A stretch of DNA of 64,000 nucleotides from positions 96,001-160,000 of the forward strand of contig CBDCQT010000010.1 in NCBI GenBank assembly GCA_965220745.1, read 5' to 3'. Each line of letters starts with the position of its first letter. Within the stretch, counting starts at the first letter, position 1. The notes below the pieces were generated by a model, which was given only the letters and a program-made list of their open reading frames with translations, was not told where the DNA came from and did not search any database. Below are positions 44,475 through 55,900 of this stretch, one piece after another. The DNA is from Alphaproteobacteria bacterium. Its GTDB lineage: Bacteria > Pseudomonadota > Alphaproteobacteria > UBA828. Position numbers and translations under genes: made by a program.

Positions 44475-46073
44475 ATGAAGAGGATCGACACCATGAGCAT
44501 CAGGGACATCCTTCGGCACCATCACGACCTGGGCTTGCCCCGGGCGGAGATCGCTGTGGCCGTGAGCGTGAGTGCGGGCACGGTATCGAACGTTCTGGAG
44601 CGCGCGCAGGCGGCGGGTCTGTCGTGGCCGTTGCCGTCCGATCTCGACGATGACGGGCTGCGCGCGCGCCTGTATCCGCCGGCGCCGCGCGAGAGCGGAT
44701 ATGCGCAGCCGGACTGGGATGATGTGCTCCGTGAGCTTCGAGCCAAGCGCAAGCGGCGCCGGGTGCGCGCGACACGGCGCACGCTCTGGGAGGAGTACCG
44801 CGACGAGGCCCAGGCCCAGGGCGGGAAGGCGTACAGCTACAGCCAGTTCTGCGCGCGCCTGAAGGCGCACCAGGGCAGCTGCGGCGGCTCGGCGCAGATG
44901 CACTTCGACTACGAGCCCGGGCTGTACGGGATGGCGGACTTCTCCGGCAAGACGCTGGCCCTTCGCACCGGACGCGGCGAGACCGACGTTGAGATCTTCG
45001 TCGCGGTCCTGGCGCATTCCAACCTGATCTACGCCGAGGCGGTCCCCGACCAGACGGTGCGCCACTGGACGATGGCCCACCGGCGCGCGCTCGAGTACTT
45101 CGGCGGCAGCCCCCGCCGGTGGATCATCGACAACCTCAAATCAGGCGTGGACGATCCCGACCGCGACGATATCCGGCTCAACCCCTCCTACCGGGAGTTC
45201 GCGCGCCACTACGAGATCGCGGTGCTGCCAGCGCGCAAGTACCGGGCCACCGACAAGGGGCTGGTCGAGAGCTGCGTCAAGGCCGTCCAGACGCGCATCC
45301 TGCTGACGCTGCGCCACCAGACCTTCTTCTCCCTCGACACCATGAACGCGGCTATCCGCCGCGAGCTCGACCGCCTCAACGATGCCCCCATGGCCAAGTA
45401 CGGCGAGAGCCGCCGCGCGCTCTTCGAGGCGAGCGAGCGGGCGGCCCTGACCGCGCTGCCGGCTCGCCCCTGGGAGTGGGGAGATTGGATCGAGCGCAAG
45501 GTCGGACAGAACTGTCACATCCGCTTCGAGAAGAATCACTACTCCGCTCCGGAGCGCTACATCGGCCGCCAGGTCGACGTCCGCGTCAGCGAACGCATGG
45601 TCGAGGTGTTCCTCGAGCGCGAGGGCGAGCGCATCGCCGTCCACCGCCGCAAGAGCGGGCGCAACCAGTACGCCACCACCCCCGAGCACATGCCCGAGCA
45701 CCACCGGGCGGTCTGCGATATCCGCCGCCCCGACTACGGCGACATCCTGCTCGGCCAGGCGCGTCGCATCGGAGCCAATGCCCTGGCCTGGGCCGAGCGG
45801 TGCTACGCCTCGCGCGACTTCCCGGAACAGGCCTTCGCCACCGTAAAGGGCATGATCCGCCTCGCCGACGATCACGGTGCCGAGCGCCTCGACGCAGTCT
45901 GTGCCGAGGCCCTCGACCTCAACCGCCTCGCCTCGGGCTTCCTCAGGGAGCGTCTCAAGAACGGCGACGGCGAGCCCGGTCCGCCGCGCCCCGAGCACGA
46001 CGAGACCATCCCCAGCCACGGCAACATCCGCGGTGGCGAGTACTACGGAAACAACGGAGGAGCGACACCATGA
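44475..46073 (+). CDS. istA: IS21 transposase IstA
   Basis: 'LWEEY', 'YSYSQFC', 'DFSG', 'DNLKSGV', 'DKGLVE', 'YSAP'. Confidence 0.93.
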   Translation: MKRIDTMSIRDILRHHHDLGLPRAEIAVAVSVSAGTVSNVLERAQAAGLSWPLPSDLDDDGLRARLYPPAPRESGYAQPDWDDVLRELRAKRKRRRVRATRRTLWEEYRDEAQAQGGKAYSYSQFCARLKAHQGSCGGSAQMHFDYEPGLYGMADFSGKTLALRTGRGETDVEIFVAVLAHSNLIYAEAVPDQTVRHWTMAHRRALEYFGGSPRRWIIDNLKSGVDDPDRDDIRLNPSYREFARHYEIAVLPARKYRATDKGLVESCVKAVQTRILLTLRHQTFFSLDTMNAAIRRELDRLNDAPMAKYGESRRALFEASERAALTALPARPWEWGDWIERKVGQNCHIRFEKNHYSAPERYIGRQVDVRVSERMVEVFLEREGERIAVHRRKSGRNQYATTPEHMPEHHRAVCDIRRPDYGDILLGQARRIGANALAWAERCYASRDFPEQAFATVKGMIRLADDHGAERLDAVCAEALDLNRLASGFLRERLKNGDGEPGPPRPEHDETIPSHGNIRGGEYYGNNGGATP

Positions 46074-46840
46074 CCCTGCGACAACCCAACATCGACCGCC
46101 TGCTGCAGCTCGGTCTCAGCGGCATGGCCGAGGCCCTGGAGGAACAGCGCGACATCGCCGACGTCGACCAGCTCGGCTTCGACGACCGCCTCGCCCTGAT
46201 GATCGAGCGCGAGGCCGAGCACCGCGATCACAAGAGCTATCTCGGCCATCTGCGCCAGGCCCAACTGCGCATCCGCGCCGACGTCCAGGACGTCGACTGC
46301 CGCGCAGGGCGTGGCATCGCCCGGACCACGCTCACCCAGCTCGCCGCCGGCGACTGGATCCGCCAGGGCCACAATCTGATCCTGGGTGGGCCAACGGGAT
46401 CGGGAAAGACGTTTGTCGCTTGCGCGCTCGCCCACCAGGCCTGCCGCCAGCACCAGTCCGTCCTCTATCGCCGCGTGCCCGAGCTGGTCGCTGCCCTCAT
46501 CCGCGCCCGCGACAAAGGCACGCTCGAGCGCTTGATGGGCCGCCTGGGCAGGGTCTCGCTGCTGGTCCTCGATGACTGGGGGCTGCAGGGCTTCTCGGCC
46601 GAGGGCCGGCGCGACCTGCTCGAGATCGTCGAGGCGCGCCACGGACGCAAGTCCATCCTCATCGCCAGCCAGATCCCCGTGGACGGCTGGCCGAAGGTGA
46701 TCGGAGAGCCAACCATCGCGGACGCGGTCCTCGACCGCATCGTTCACAACGCCTATCGCATCGAGCTCAAGGGAGAGTCCCAGCGCAAGCGCAACAAGCC
46801 CCCGCCACTCGACGGCGGCGGCAACAGAGCCCCGGCCTGA
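46070..46840 (+). CDS. istB: IS21 helper ATPase IstB
   Basis: 'GPTGSGKT', 'LLVLDDWG', 'IADAVLDRIVHNAYRIELKGES'. Confidence 0.95.
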   Translation: MTLRQPNIDRLLQLGLSGMAEALEEQRDIADVDQLGFDDRLALMIEREAEHRDHKSYLGHLRQAQLRIRADVQDVDCRAGRGIARTTLTQLAAGDWIRQGHNLILGGPTGSGKTFVACALAHQACRQHQSVLYRRVPELVAALIRARDKGTLERLMGRLGRVSLLVLDDWGLQGFSAEGRRDLLEIVEARHGRKSILIASQIPVDGWPKVIGEPTIADAVLDRIVHNAYRIELKGESQRKRNKPPPLDGGGNRAPA

Positions 46841-47400
46841 AGGCCGGGGTCCATGGGCGCCTGCGGCGCCTTCCGGGTTGCAAGGGTGGAGGTGCGCGGC
46901 GGCATGCTGTGTGTGAGAGCTTGCCGCCGCGCCCCGCAGGCCGTTTGCATGCCAAAGAGGCCTCGCATACGCTCGGCTCGGGCTGGCCAAAGGCCAGCCC
47001 CCAACATCACCAAGGGGAGGGGCACACCGCCAAATCCGGGAGAGACAGCGCGCTGGCGCGCGCCCGCAGCACGGTCAAGTGTTGCCAGAACCCCGGTCAA
47101 ATAAAATCAGAACCCCGGTCAGATAGAATCAGAACCGGCGGTCAAATGAACCGGAATCCGCATTCCTTCTCGCGGACGCTCTCTACCAGATAGAGGTAGG
47201 TGTAGCCGTTGACGGTCTTTTCGCAGACGAACATGGGCTTAGCATTGCCGATTCGCGCCGCATCACAACCTGAATATCGATCCAAGGCCAAGGATTTAGC
47301 ACCACATTATTCAGCAGCCAAAACACGGCTATTGAAAACAACGAACCTTTCTAAACGCGCTCCTGCTTAGTCCAAACCTGCTGTTTAAGTCGGGTCAAAC

Positions 47401-48234
47401 TCATCGTCCCATTGCCTTTTTTAGCTCTGCTTCTCTAACCTCAAGAGGATAATGATAGCCATCCTCGGCGGCTCTACCTGTGACTTGACGCAACAGCCCC
47501 ATGGTGGTTTCAAAAGCGCTGTCGCTATCTTTCTTAACATATAGGAAAATAGGCACACTAAACACTGCTATTCCGTCCTCATCCGTAGGAAACACCCGCA
47601 CCGCACTAGATAAATATTTCTCGCTTGCGAACCGAGATCGGAGACCAAGTGACAGCGCGCCCTCATACTCGCTTACTGCCTCCGCAAGATATTGGTAGGT
47701 CCCTACACCGGACAGTGTTAACTCCTCCACTCCCTCCTCACTCGCTTCTACTATTCGCCAAAGGGCATTTCTCTTCAACTCACTTGCTGGTCCATAAACC
47801 TTGATCGACCAATCGTTTCCCCCGACATCCGTCCAGTTTGTTACTGCTCCCGCAAGTATCGTTCCCGCCATTTCTGAACTTAATTGGCCAACACCGGCTT
47901 CCTTATTCACAAAAAAAGGCAACGTCTCCGTATGTGAGTAAATTCGCGCGTACTCCTGCACCTCTGTGGGAATGCCGTGGTGAATAATCACCTCCGCAGC
48001 GCCCTGACTCAGCATGTCTGGCAATTTATCGTCGCTAAAACAATGTATGATATTATACCCAGATTCTTCGAGAGTTGGCACCACTGGATGTATTATCGAG
48101 TCCAACAGCACAACCGGTTCGTCGACACCCAACACCTCCGGAACGCTGTACGGAAATGCAAGTTGATCTTGAGCATGCACTGCCGACCACCACATGGTGG
48201 CTGCGGCCAGCGCCATCCCAATAGTGCGCGACAT
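47401..48234 (-). CDS. Secreted protein with PstS-like periplasmic-binding-protein segment
   Basis: Signal peptide 'MSRTIGMALAAATMWWSAVHA'; 'FFVNKE...ILAGAVTNWTDVGGNDWSIKVYG'; AT-richer than host. Confidence 0.55.
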   Translation of the reverse strand: MSRTIGMALAAATMWWSAVHAQDQLAFPYSVPEVLGVDEPVVLLDSIIHPVVPTLEESGYNIIHCFSDDKLPDMLSQGAAEVIIHHGIPTEVQEYARIYSHTETLPFFVNKEAGVGQLSSEMAGTILAGAVTNWTDVGGNDWSIKVYGPASELKRNALWRIVEASEEGVEELTLSGVGTYQYLAEAVSEYEGALSLGLRSRFASEKYLSSAVRVFPTDEDGIAVFSVPIFLYVKKDSDSAFETTMGLLRQVTGRAAEDGYHYPLEVREAELKKAMGR

Positions 48235-48237
48235 AGC

Positions 48238-49617
48238 TTACCACTCCTTCTTTAGCCATTCCTCAAAGAGCTCTCTGAGCGACGATCCCCCAATAGCTAG
48301 ATCAATGGGCGTGGACTTGAACCACGCGCCCGGCTGCAAAAAATGTCGAAATGCCGGTGACAGAGCAATTTTGTCAAACGCGTGGGCCATCTTCGAATCA
48401 CCGTTGACCGCCCTTAGTAAACTACTGCCACTCTCAGCCATAAATCCACCTTTCGCCATGAATAATCTATATGTATCCATTTTCTGTGGTGGTGTACTCC
48501 AGCGTATTTCCTGCTCCATAGAGCCAATCATGCGAAGCGATAGGAGTCGCCTGAGGTCCGCCATCACTTCCTCTACTGTGTCTGAACTATAGCCACAACC
48601 TATACGTTTCTCACTAAGGATAACCGTTTTGATTTTGAAGTCGAGAAATTCCTGAAACGAGTGACTCTGGTGTAACCACAGCAGCTCGCTGGCCGTCTTC
48701 TTCTGTAGCAGGTCGTCAATCCTATTGATCTCGTCTCGTGCGTCAAATGCGTAATCTGAATTGTGTTCCGAGAGCACCGACTTGATGCGGGCCGTATAAA
48801 TCAGGCGAGGGATCGTCTTTCGAATTGATTCAGAGCCACCACTTGAAGTACACGTGCTCAGGAGCTCCACAGCGGATATTAACCGATCTTGAAAATCGTT
48901 TGTCCAATCAAGCTTGCCGTTCTTTAATGTTACTGACGATTCTACATAAGTAGTTACTACATAAGAGACAGGGTCATGATCGTTGCCGGTGATATGACAG
49001 CTATTGGGCAAAGAAACAAACATATTGAATAAATCTTCGGCGTACGTCCTTTGAAAGGAGATAAAATCACTCCAACTCCCACCGACGGACAAAACGCGGC
49101 TGGCACGCACCATTAGTACTGGCACTTCTTTCCGACCTGGATATGCTATGTAAGCTTCGGCCAAGGTTGTCGTATTCGGCAGGTGGGCATCCTCCGAAAT
49201 TAGCGCCTCAACGGATTGGCGAATTTTGATAACATAGCGGTATCTGTCAATAAAATCACTCAGCATCAGAGCAAGTCCAGCTCCTAAACCCGCTACAAGA
49301 ATAGCTGATATAAAGGATGCTGTCAAGACGTGGCGATCCAGAGAAGCAATTATCCCGCTTATCCAAAATTTGACCAATGAGAAGTTTACAATGGCTAAAT
49401 GTCTCAAGATTGCGGAGAAGACTGCAAGGGAAATACCTCCCCCCAAAACAGCCTTAACAGTTGTGAGCGGGTCAGGGTGGTAAAAGTAGAACAATAAGAA
49501 GAGGGCAAAGATTAAAACCATTAGAAGCGCGCAGGCGAAGAGAATAATGTGAAATAGGCTTTTTCGTACAGCCGGCCGGTGTGCAAGCGCGCGAGAGAAA
49601 GTTTTGAGCTGAACCAT
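48238..49617 (-). CDS. Hypothetical membrane protein (three N-terminal TM segments plus soluble domain)
   Basis: 459-aa ORF in AT-rich DNA, 3 nt upstream of the next gene. Confidence 0.7.
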   Translation of the reverse strand: MVQLKTFSRALAHRPAVRKSLFHIILFACALLMVLIFALFLLFYFYHPDPLTTVKAVLGGGISLAVFSAILRHLAIVNFSLVKFWISGIIASLDRHVLTASFISAILVAGLGAGLALMLSDFIDRYRYVIKIRQSVEALISEDAHLPNTTTLAEAYIAYPGRKEVPVLMVRASRVLSVGGSWSDFISFQRTYAEDLFNMFVSLPNSCHITGNDHDPVSYVVTTYVESSVTLKNGKLDWTNDFQDRLISAVELLSTCTSSGGSESIRKTIPRLIYTARIKSVLSEHNSDYAFDARDEINRIDDLLQKKTASELLWLHQSHSFQEFLDFKIKTVILSEKRIGCGYSSDTVEEVMADLRRLLSLRMIGSMEQEIRWSTPPQKMDTYRLFMAKGGFMAESGSSLLRAVNGDSKMAHAFDKIALSPAFRHFLQPGAWFKSTPIDLAIGGSSLRELFEEWLKKEW

Positions 49618-49779
49618 TAGTCGGCCTTCATGGATAAGGTGTATCGGCCGGACAACGGGTTAGAGACCAAGCGCTCGGTGGGGTGTTGTTTCTATGCATC
49701 AAGTCTGTCGCTATTCTGTTCCAAATATAGGGCACTAGTGACCCGAATCTGTAGGTCGGGGCACAAATGCCGCTCCACG

Positions 49780-50783
49780 CTAAGGCTGAAGCGCTTGACC
49801 CCGGTGGGATTTCATCGCGGATCTGGTGCACTTGAAGGGCTTGGGATTCTCGTTGTGCGTTTCGATGAAAGGCCGGATGTCAGCCTCCAACTGGTAGGTC
49901 GAGCGGTGCACCCCGTGTTGTGACGGCTTGCGCGTCAGCTCGGCGAACCAGCGCTGTACCCTATTGAGCCACGATGCGGATGTCGGCGTAAAGTGGACAT
50001 GCCAGTGCGGACGCCGGGCCAGCCACGCCTTGACCCCTGCGGACTCGTGGGTGGCGTCGTTGTCAATGAGGATGTGGATGTCCAACCCGTCCGGGACATT
50101 GCGGTCGATCACTTTGAGGAAGTCGAGGAACTCCCTGGCCTGGTGGCGCCTATGGCACTTGCCCATGGCTGAGCCGGTGGTGTCGTCCAGCGCCGCGAAC
50201 AGCGAGGTCGTGCCGTTGCGCTTGTAGTCATGGGTGCGCCACTTAGGGATGCACGGCAGTATCGGCAGGACCGACTGAGCGCGGTCGAGGGCGCGGATAT
50301 GGCTCGTCTCGTCAAAGCAAAGCACCAACGCACGATCCGGCGGCGACATGTAGAGGCCGACGATGTCGCGGACTTTCTCCACGAAGTGCGGATCGGCCGA
50401 CAGCTTGAAGGTCTCGACCCGGTGCGCTGCAAACCGAAGGCGCGCCAGATCGACGTGTGCGACAGCGCTGCCTCCTTCGCCATCGAGCGCAGCGACCAGT
50501 GCGTCGCATCCACCGGCGTCGAGGTGAGCGTTCGCTTGGTCACTTCCGCCACCTTGTCGTCCTCGATGTTCCGCGGGCGTTCCGGACTGGGCTTGTCCGA
50601 AAGTCCCTCGATGCGGTCCTTGATGAAACGCCTTCGCCACTTGCCGACGGTGTGCTCGAGCACGCCGATCTCGGCGGCCACCGCCTTGTTGCCAAGCCCG
50701 TCCGCACAGCGCAGGATCATGCGGCAGCGATCCGACATGCAGCGCGCCACACAGTGACACCGAACCTGCGCTCCCAGAAACAA
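49780..50783 (-). pseudogene. IS630-family transposase, frameshifted
   Basis: N-part 'GKWRRRF...ATHWSLRSMA' and C-part 'FKLSADPHFVEKVRDIVGLY...THDYKRNGTTSLFAAL...HFTPTSASWLN' in different frames, with degenerate residues. Confidence 0.85.
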
Positions 50784-51037
50784 CCGTTGGTAATCGCTCA
50801 GGCCAAGGTCGCCAGCGGCCGCCCCGTGCTGCTCTGCATCGCGATGCCCTCTATTGCCCGATTCGGAGGATCAGCTTCCAATGAACCTTACTTCAGCGCC
50901 GGGTGAATAGCTCTCTGGCGGGCCAGCTACCTTGCGGATGACGAAACTGCTACGGTGGCCGAGATGGCGCATTGCTTCCTCTTAGTGTATCCGAGCAAAG
51001 CGCTCCACCATCAGCTTCCAAGATTGGTGTCCTGCCC

Positions 51038-51643
51038 ATGCCGATCGTCCGTCAGACCCCTCACGCCTCAATGTTCAACCGACACGCGGAGTTGCCCTAT
51101 ATGCTCCGCCTGCAGGATTTCGACCTCGTCATGCGGGACATCTATGACTTCTTTTTCGATGTGAACACGCATCTGTCCGACCGAGGATTGAAACGCTTCG
51201 ATGACATGCTAAGGCCTGCGGCGATGTCGGGGCTCATCTCAGACATGGTCGCAGCCAGCATGGCGCGTCACTCCCGCGTACTGGTCGAGAATCGGTACCA
51301 CAACGGACACCCGGACCTCATCGTCAATGGCGTTTATCCCGACGACGCTGTCAAGGCCGGAGAACAAGGCGTTGAAGTTAAGAGCACGCGCAAGCCAGGC
51401 GGAGCGGTCGACACCCATGGCGCGCGTGAACAGTGGATGTGCGTATTTGTCTATAGCGTAGACAACGAAACGGAACCAGCCGCCGCACGTGCGCCCATGA
51501 AGTTTACCGAGATCTACCTGGGCCACGTCGCCGTTGGTGATTTTCGTAGAAATCCTCGTGGGGAACTCGGAACGCGTACCGCTACGCTCGACAAGCATGG
51601 CATTAGGAAGCTCCGCAGCAGCTGGGTGTATCTGGACACCTGA
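51038..51643 (+). CDS. Putative type II restriction endonuclease (PD-(D/E)xK)
   Basis: 'GHPDLI...GVEVKS' motif; convergent with and overlapping a DNA methyltransferase; start uncertain (50972 or 51038). Confidence 0.65.
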   Translation: MPIVRQTPHASMFNRHAELPYMLRLQDFDLVMRDIYDFFFDVNTHLSDRGLKRFDDMLRPAAMSGLISDMVAASMARHSRVLVENRYHNGHPDLIVNGVYPDDAVKAGEQGVEVKSTRKPGGAVDTHGAREQWMCVFVYSVDNETEPAAARAPMKFTEIYLGHVAVGDFRRNPRGELGTRTATLDKHGIRKLRSSWVYLDT

Positions 51644-52763
51644 GCGCTTCCAGCTTCGGTATCGCCGTCACAGCAATTCTGACGTACTCGGGCGAAAGCT
51701 CGACGCCGATGCTTTTGAAGCCAAGATGATTCGCTGCTGCGAGCGTGGAACCGGACCCAGCGAAAGGATCGAGTATCACGCCCGTTTCAATAGGCAACGC
51801 GGCTCGAACTAACTGGCGAAGGAATGCCTGAGGTTTCAGGGAGGGGTGGGGTGCCAGTCGTCTTTCCGCCGGCCGTGTCGGATGGGAACTGATCACGTCC
51901 CCGAAGGGACGCCGTTTCGATTGGCGACGGAGTCCGCCCGTGCCCCACTTTCGCAGGTTGTCCTGTACTCGTCCCTCTAGCGGATTGCGGAATAGCAGCC
52001 AGGGCTCAGCCATCGAGCGTGGCATGACGGTGACATCGGAAAACTCCTCATGCGCATTCTTCGGACGGTCGCCGCCGCGCATGGTCATCACGAGGCGGAC
52101 GATCATTCCACGACTCTCCAGGCCGGAATCCGCAAGCGCGGAAGCGACAATGTGCGACACGAGCGGGTTCGTGGCAACGAACACGTGTGCTCCAGGTACC
52201 AGTACGCGAGAAACGCTTTTTCCGAAACAACTAAAGAACTCTCTCATGCGCTCAAGGTCGGTCGTGCTCAGCGTCGTAAAGCGCGGGAGCGGAGACCGCG
52301 TGTGGCCGTCGAAGGAAGGGGGAATCCGCCAGACTCCGCCCTTGCCTTCTCGAAGTTTGCGCTGCTCGGCTTCCGTATACTCCACCAAGCCATAAGGAGG
52401 GTCGGTGACAACCGCATGGATACTGTTTCTCTCGCGGCGGTCCATCCAGTCAAAACAATCATCCTGATAAAGCGATGCCCTGCCGCAAATCAAAGCGGGG
52501 CCGGCTTCCGTGTCCGCTTTCTCTACCTCAGCGCTGGTGGGTGTCCGTTGCTCTCCTCTAAGCCGGTAGCGACCATGTCGCGTCCGCTCGAACATGTCTG
52601 GACGCAGCCTCAGGTACGAGCGCACGGACGAAGCGGGAACGGCGCCGATTCTGGCTTCGACCGCTTCCTTGATTTCTGAAACGCTTGCATCGCCTGCTAC
52701 GGAGACGAGGCAATCAACGATCGCATCGCGCACGGTACCGGGAGAGTGCTTCGTTCTGATCAT
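51603..52763 (-). CDS. N4/N6 DNA methyltransferase (beta class) with N-terminal HTH-like domain
   Basis: Motif IV 'VTDPPYG' before motif I 'LDPFAGSGST', 'HPSLKP'; N-terminal 'SVSEIKEAVE...SSVRSYL'. Confidence 0.9.
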   Translation of the reverse strand: MIRTKHSPGTVRDAIVDCLVSVAGDASVSEIKEAVEARIGAVPASSVRSYLRLRPDMFERTRHGRYRLRGEQRTPTSAEVEKADTEAGPALICGRASLYQDDCFDWMDRRERNSIHAVVTDPPYGLVEYTEAEQRKLREGKGGVWRIPPSFDGHTRSPLPRFTTLSTTDLERMREFFSCFGKSVSRVLVPGAHVFVATNPLVSHIVASALADSGLESRGMIVRLVMTMRGGDRPKNAHEEFSDVTVMPRSMAEPWLLFRNPLEGRVQDNLRKWGTGGLRRQSKRRPFGDVISSHPTRPAERRLAPHPSLKPQAFLRQLVRAALPIETGVILDPFAGSGSTLAAANHLGFKSIGVELSPEYVRIAVTAIPKLEALRCPDTPSCCGAS

Positions 52764-52965
52764 CGGTCCTACAATGCAAAGCGCCTGTACGATAGACGTC
52801 CAGACGTCTTCTTGCAATGCCGTTCCGCAGCAGATTGACTGCTCACCTCTTAAACTCGGTGATTCGGTTCGCGGCTGATTCGTCTTGGTCAGGTACGGGA
52901 TCGGAAGGTTCGCGGTGAAGGCACCGCAATCGCGGTCGCAGTTGGCAGGACCTGATACGTACAGC

Positions 52966-55900
52966 CTACATGCTGAGCCCGCGACTCCTTCGCATGTGCC
53001 TGCCGAGCTTGCGGTCGCGCTCCTTAGCTTTCTCGCGCAGCTCGCGCAGCTTATCGGGATCGTCGAGGATGTGGGCGAAGCCCTGCCGGTCGCCTTCGAC
53101 CGTCGGCCGGGGTGGATTTCGAGGCCGGCGGTCATCGTCCAGCCGATGCGCGAAGCCCTGCTCCTGCCTTGGCGTCGGCTCGGGCCGGGGCTGCTGCGCC
53201 TTCGGCTTCCTGACGCGCGTGCGGTTCTCGCGTAGCCGGCTACGGAGCTGCTCGACCGTCAACTCCGCGCGGCCCCTGCCGACCGTTACGGTGTCGAGAT
53301 ATGCGCCGTACCTCTCGTCGTTGGCAAGGACGGCCTTACCGGTGTCCGCCAGCAGCTCGGCCGTTTCGCGCCACCGGGGCCAGGCGTCGAGACGGACGAC
53401 GGGAACGCCGCGCTCGCGGGCATCACGTTCGAGCACCTTGTAAACCTCCACATGCCGTTCGGCCGCCGCCAGATAGCCCTCGGCGATCTCGCGCGCCGCG
53501 GTCTCGTCGTCATGGTAGTCGAGGAGCCCGCCGATGACGCTGCGCGCGCGTTCGGAGAGATCGGAATGTTCAGCAAGTGAACGAACCCGGCCGATCAACG
53601 CGTCGTACCCGTCCATCAGCGGCAGCGGAAGGTCGGGCTTCTCGGCACGCGCGACGAGGTCGTTCCAGTCGCGTTGCAGCTCCCTGTAGAGCGTCCGCCA
53701 GTCGGGCGGATCATCGCGCTCCGGGCCGGGTGCGGCCGCCTCTGGCGTTCGGGACGGCAGGGCTTCTTCGGGAGCGGGCCCGGCGGCAGGGGCGGCGATC
53801 CCGGCTGCGACAACCTCGGTTGATACAGCCTCGGCGACCCCCGCTTCTTCGCGCGGTGCGTCTTGGCGCTTTGCGTCCTGGCGCGCCCGGTGGGCGGCCC
53901 TGGCCGTTATGGAGCGGAGGTAGCTGCCGGCGCGAGTGTGCTGATTGCGAAGCTTCTCGAGCTCGCCTTCGCCGATACCGGCGCGCTCGGCGAGCAGGCG
54001 CTCGAACACCTGCGGCCGCGCGCGGAAGGATGCGGCCTGCTTCATCAGCGCGCGGTGGCGGTCGAGGGTCTCGCGGAATTCCGGGCTGAGCGCCACCGCT
54101 TCGCCTTCGGCGCGTGCGCGCTCGCGCAGCTCGTCCCACGCCGCCATCACCTCGTTGCTTTCCGCTGCGAAGGCGTCGACGGCCGCGCCGTGGCGCCAGC
54201 CGTTGACCGCATGGCGGATGTCACGGGCGATGCGCACGATGGCGTTGTCGTTCGCCGCCGCCGTTGCCATCACCGCCTCTCCCTGCCGTTCGCCGCGTTC
54301 CGCGCTCCGCGACCGGCTTGCCTCGTCTCCGATGCCGCTGCGCCCGAGCTGCGCGCCGGGCTGCGTTCCAAGCTGCGCTTCATTCCGCGCAGCGAGCTGA
54401 GCCCGTTCCCTCGCATCCCGCCATGCACCGTCCGCGATGTAGTCGAGCGCGGCTTCCTTGGGCTGTGAGCGCGACCATCGCTCCGCCAGATACGCACGGA
54501 CGTCCCTGTCCGTGACGGGCATGTCCGCCTCGTCCTCGGGCCGGTGCTCTGCGATGTCGAAGACGATGGGCGCGCGGTTGACGTAGACGTCGATCCCCTC
54601 GCGGTGGCGGGTCGCGGCGGGATAGACGGTCTCGCGGGAGGGCCGGTCGTCGATCAGGAGGAAGGCACGGTCCACGGTCAGCCCCTGGGCCGAGGCGATG
54701 GTCATGGCGTAGCCGTAGTCGAGGCGGATGTTGTCGTGCCAGTCGCGGATCTCGTCATGGCGGAACATCACTCGCCGCCCGTCGTCGGTACGCGCCGTGA
54801 TGAACACCGATGGCTCGTCTTCCGTTCTCCCTTCGAACTCTTCGCTTGCATGACCCGCCTCAAGGCCATCCTCACCTGCCTCCGAGCCGCGCCCCGTACG
54901 CTCCCCGGCTTGCCGGTTTCGGGCCTTGCGCGAGACCGCCGCGTGCTCCCCGTGGCGCACCTCGATGTCCTCCACAGTGACCACGGTGCCGTTGAAGAGC
55001 TGCCTCTCCCACTGCGTGGCGCCGATGCGGAGACGATCGCCGACGGCGATCTCCAGCGGCTCCGTCACGCGGCCGTCCAGGTCCCGGCTCACCTCGATCA
55101 CGGCCCGCTTGGCGTCGGGCGTCTGCGCGAGCATCCGCTCCCGCATCAGCCACGAGAGCGCCCGCGCTTCGGCGCGCGTGCGTGCGAGCACCACGGCGGA
55201 TTTGTCGGGCTCGGCCATCGTGTGCCGCGTCCAGTCGTCCACCAGACGCCTGAGCGTCTTCTCCTCGTCGTAGCAAAGGTGAAGCCGGCCCCGGAGGCGC
55301 CACGCCTCGATGGCCTGTTCCGCGTCGCCGTCCCTGAGCGCCTCGGATACCGCCACCTGCCAGGGCGTGAACACGGGTTTCTTCTCCATGGCCTCGTAGT
55401 CGGCGACGATCGCATCGCGTTCCTCCCGTGAGGTCAGTCCGGCCCGGAAGCGCGCCAGCTCCGGCGTTTCCTTGTGGGCATGAACCAGCACGTCCTCGAG
55501 GTCCGCCTTCTGGCGCCGGATGCGGTCGACGCGGACGCTGCCGGCGACGTCGCGGATCAGCCGCAGTCCCGGTCCCGCCTCCACCGGCTGCTGCTGCCGG
55601 GTGTCGCCCGCGAACACCACCTTGGCCCCGTGGCGCTCCGAGAGCTGGAGAATGTGATGCGCCTGGCGCGTCGACAGCATCCCCGCCTCGTCAACCACGA
55701 TCAGGGTGTTGCGGCCGATCTCCAGCTGCCCCTTGGCGGCGAGCTTGAGAAGCTTGTCCACGCAGTAGGGTCGTGCATCGCAGTCGTCGCCCAGTGCGAC
55801 CGCCGTCCGCCAGGCGACCGCCGTCGGCACGATCTCGTAGCCGTGCTCCCTGTGCAGGTCGGTGATAGGCCGGAGCGTGGTGGTCTTGCCCGAGCCCGCC

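Larger units (their letters stand above)
44231..47162 (+). mobile_element. Complete IS21-family element with 8-bp target duplication TTCCTTCT
   Basis: TG...CA ends (TGCAAAATCTGGCCGCATTTGACCGC / GCGGTCAAATGAACCGGAATCCGCA), repeated TGACCGC..TTCTG subterminal sites, direct repeat at 44223-44230 and 47163-47170. Confidence 0.93.
43865..47234 (-). pseudogene. IS1634-family transposase, split by IS21 and 3'-truncated
   Basis: MFVCEKTVNGYTYLYLVESVREKE (47234-47163) joins RTKQRIIRNLGR...ERAVFIAVLHRL...SDR (44222-43865). Confidence 0.82.

Noticed and set aside
53040-53165. Repeated QGFAH(R/I)LDD motif at the TraA C-terminus
   Set aside because: Small intragenic duplication in a variable tail with no evident functional meaning
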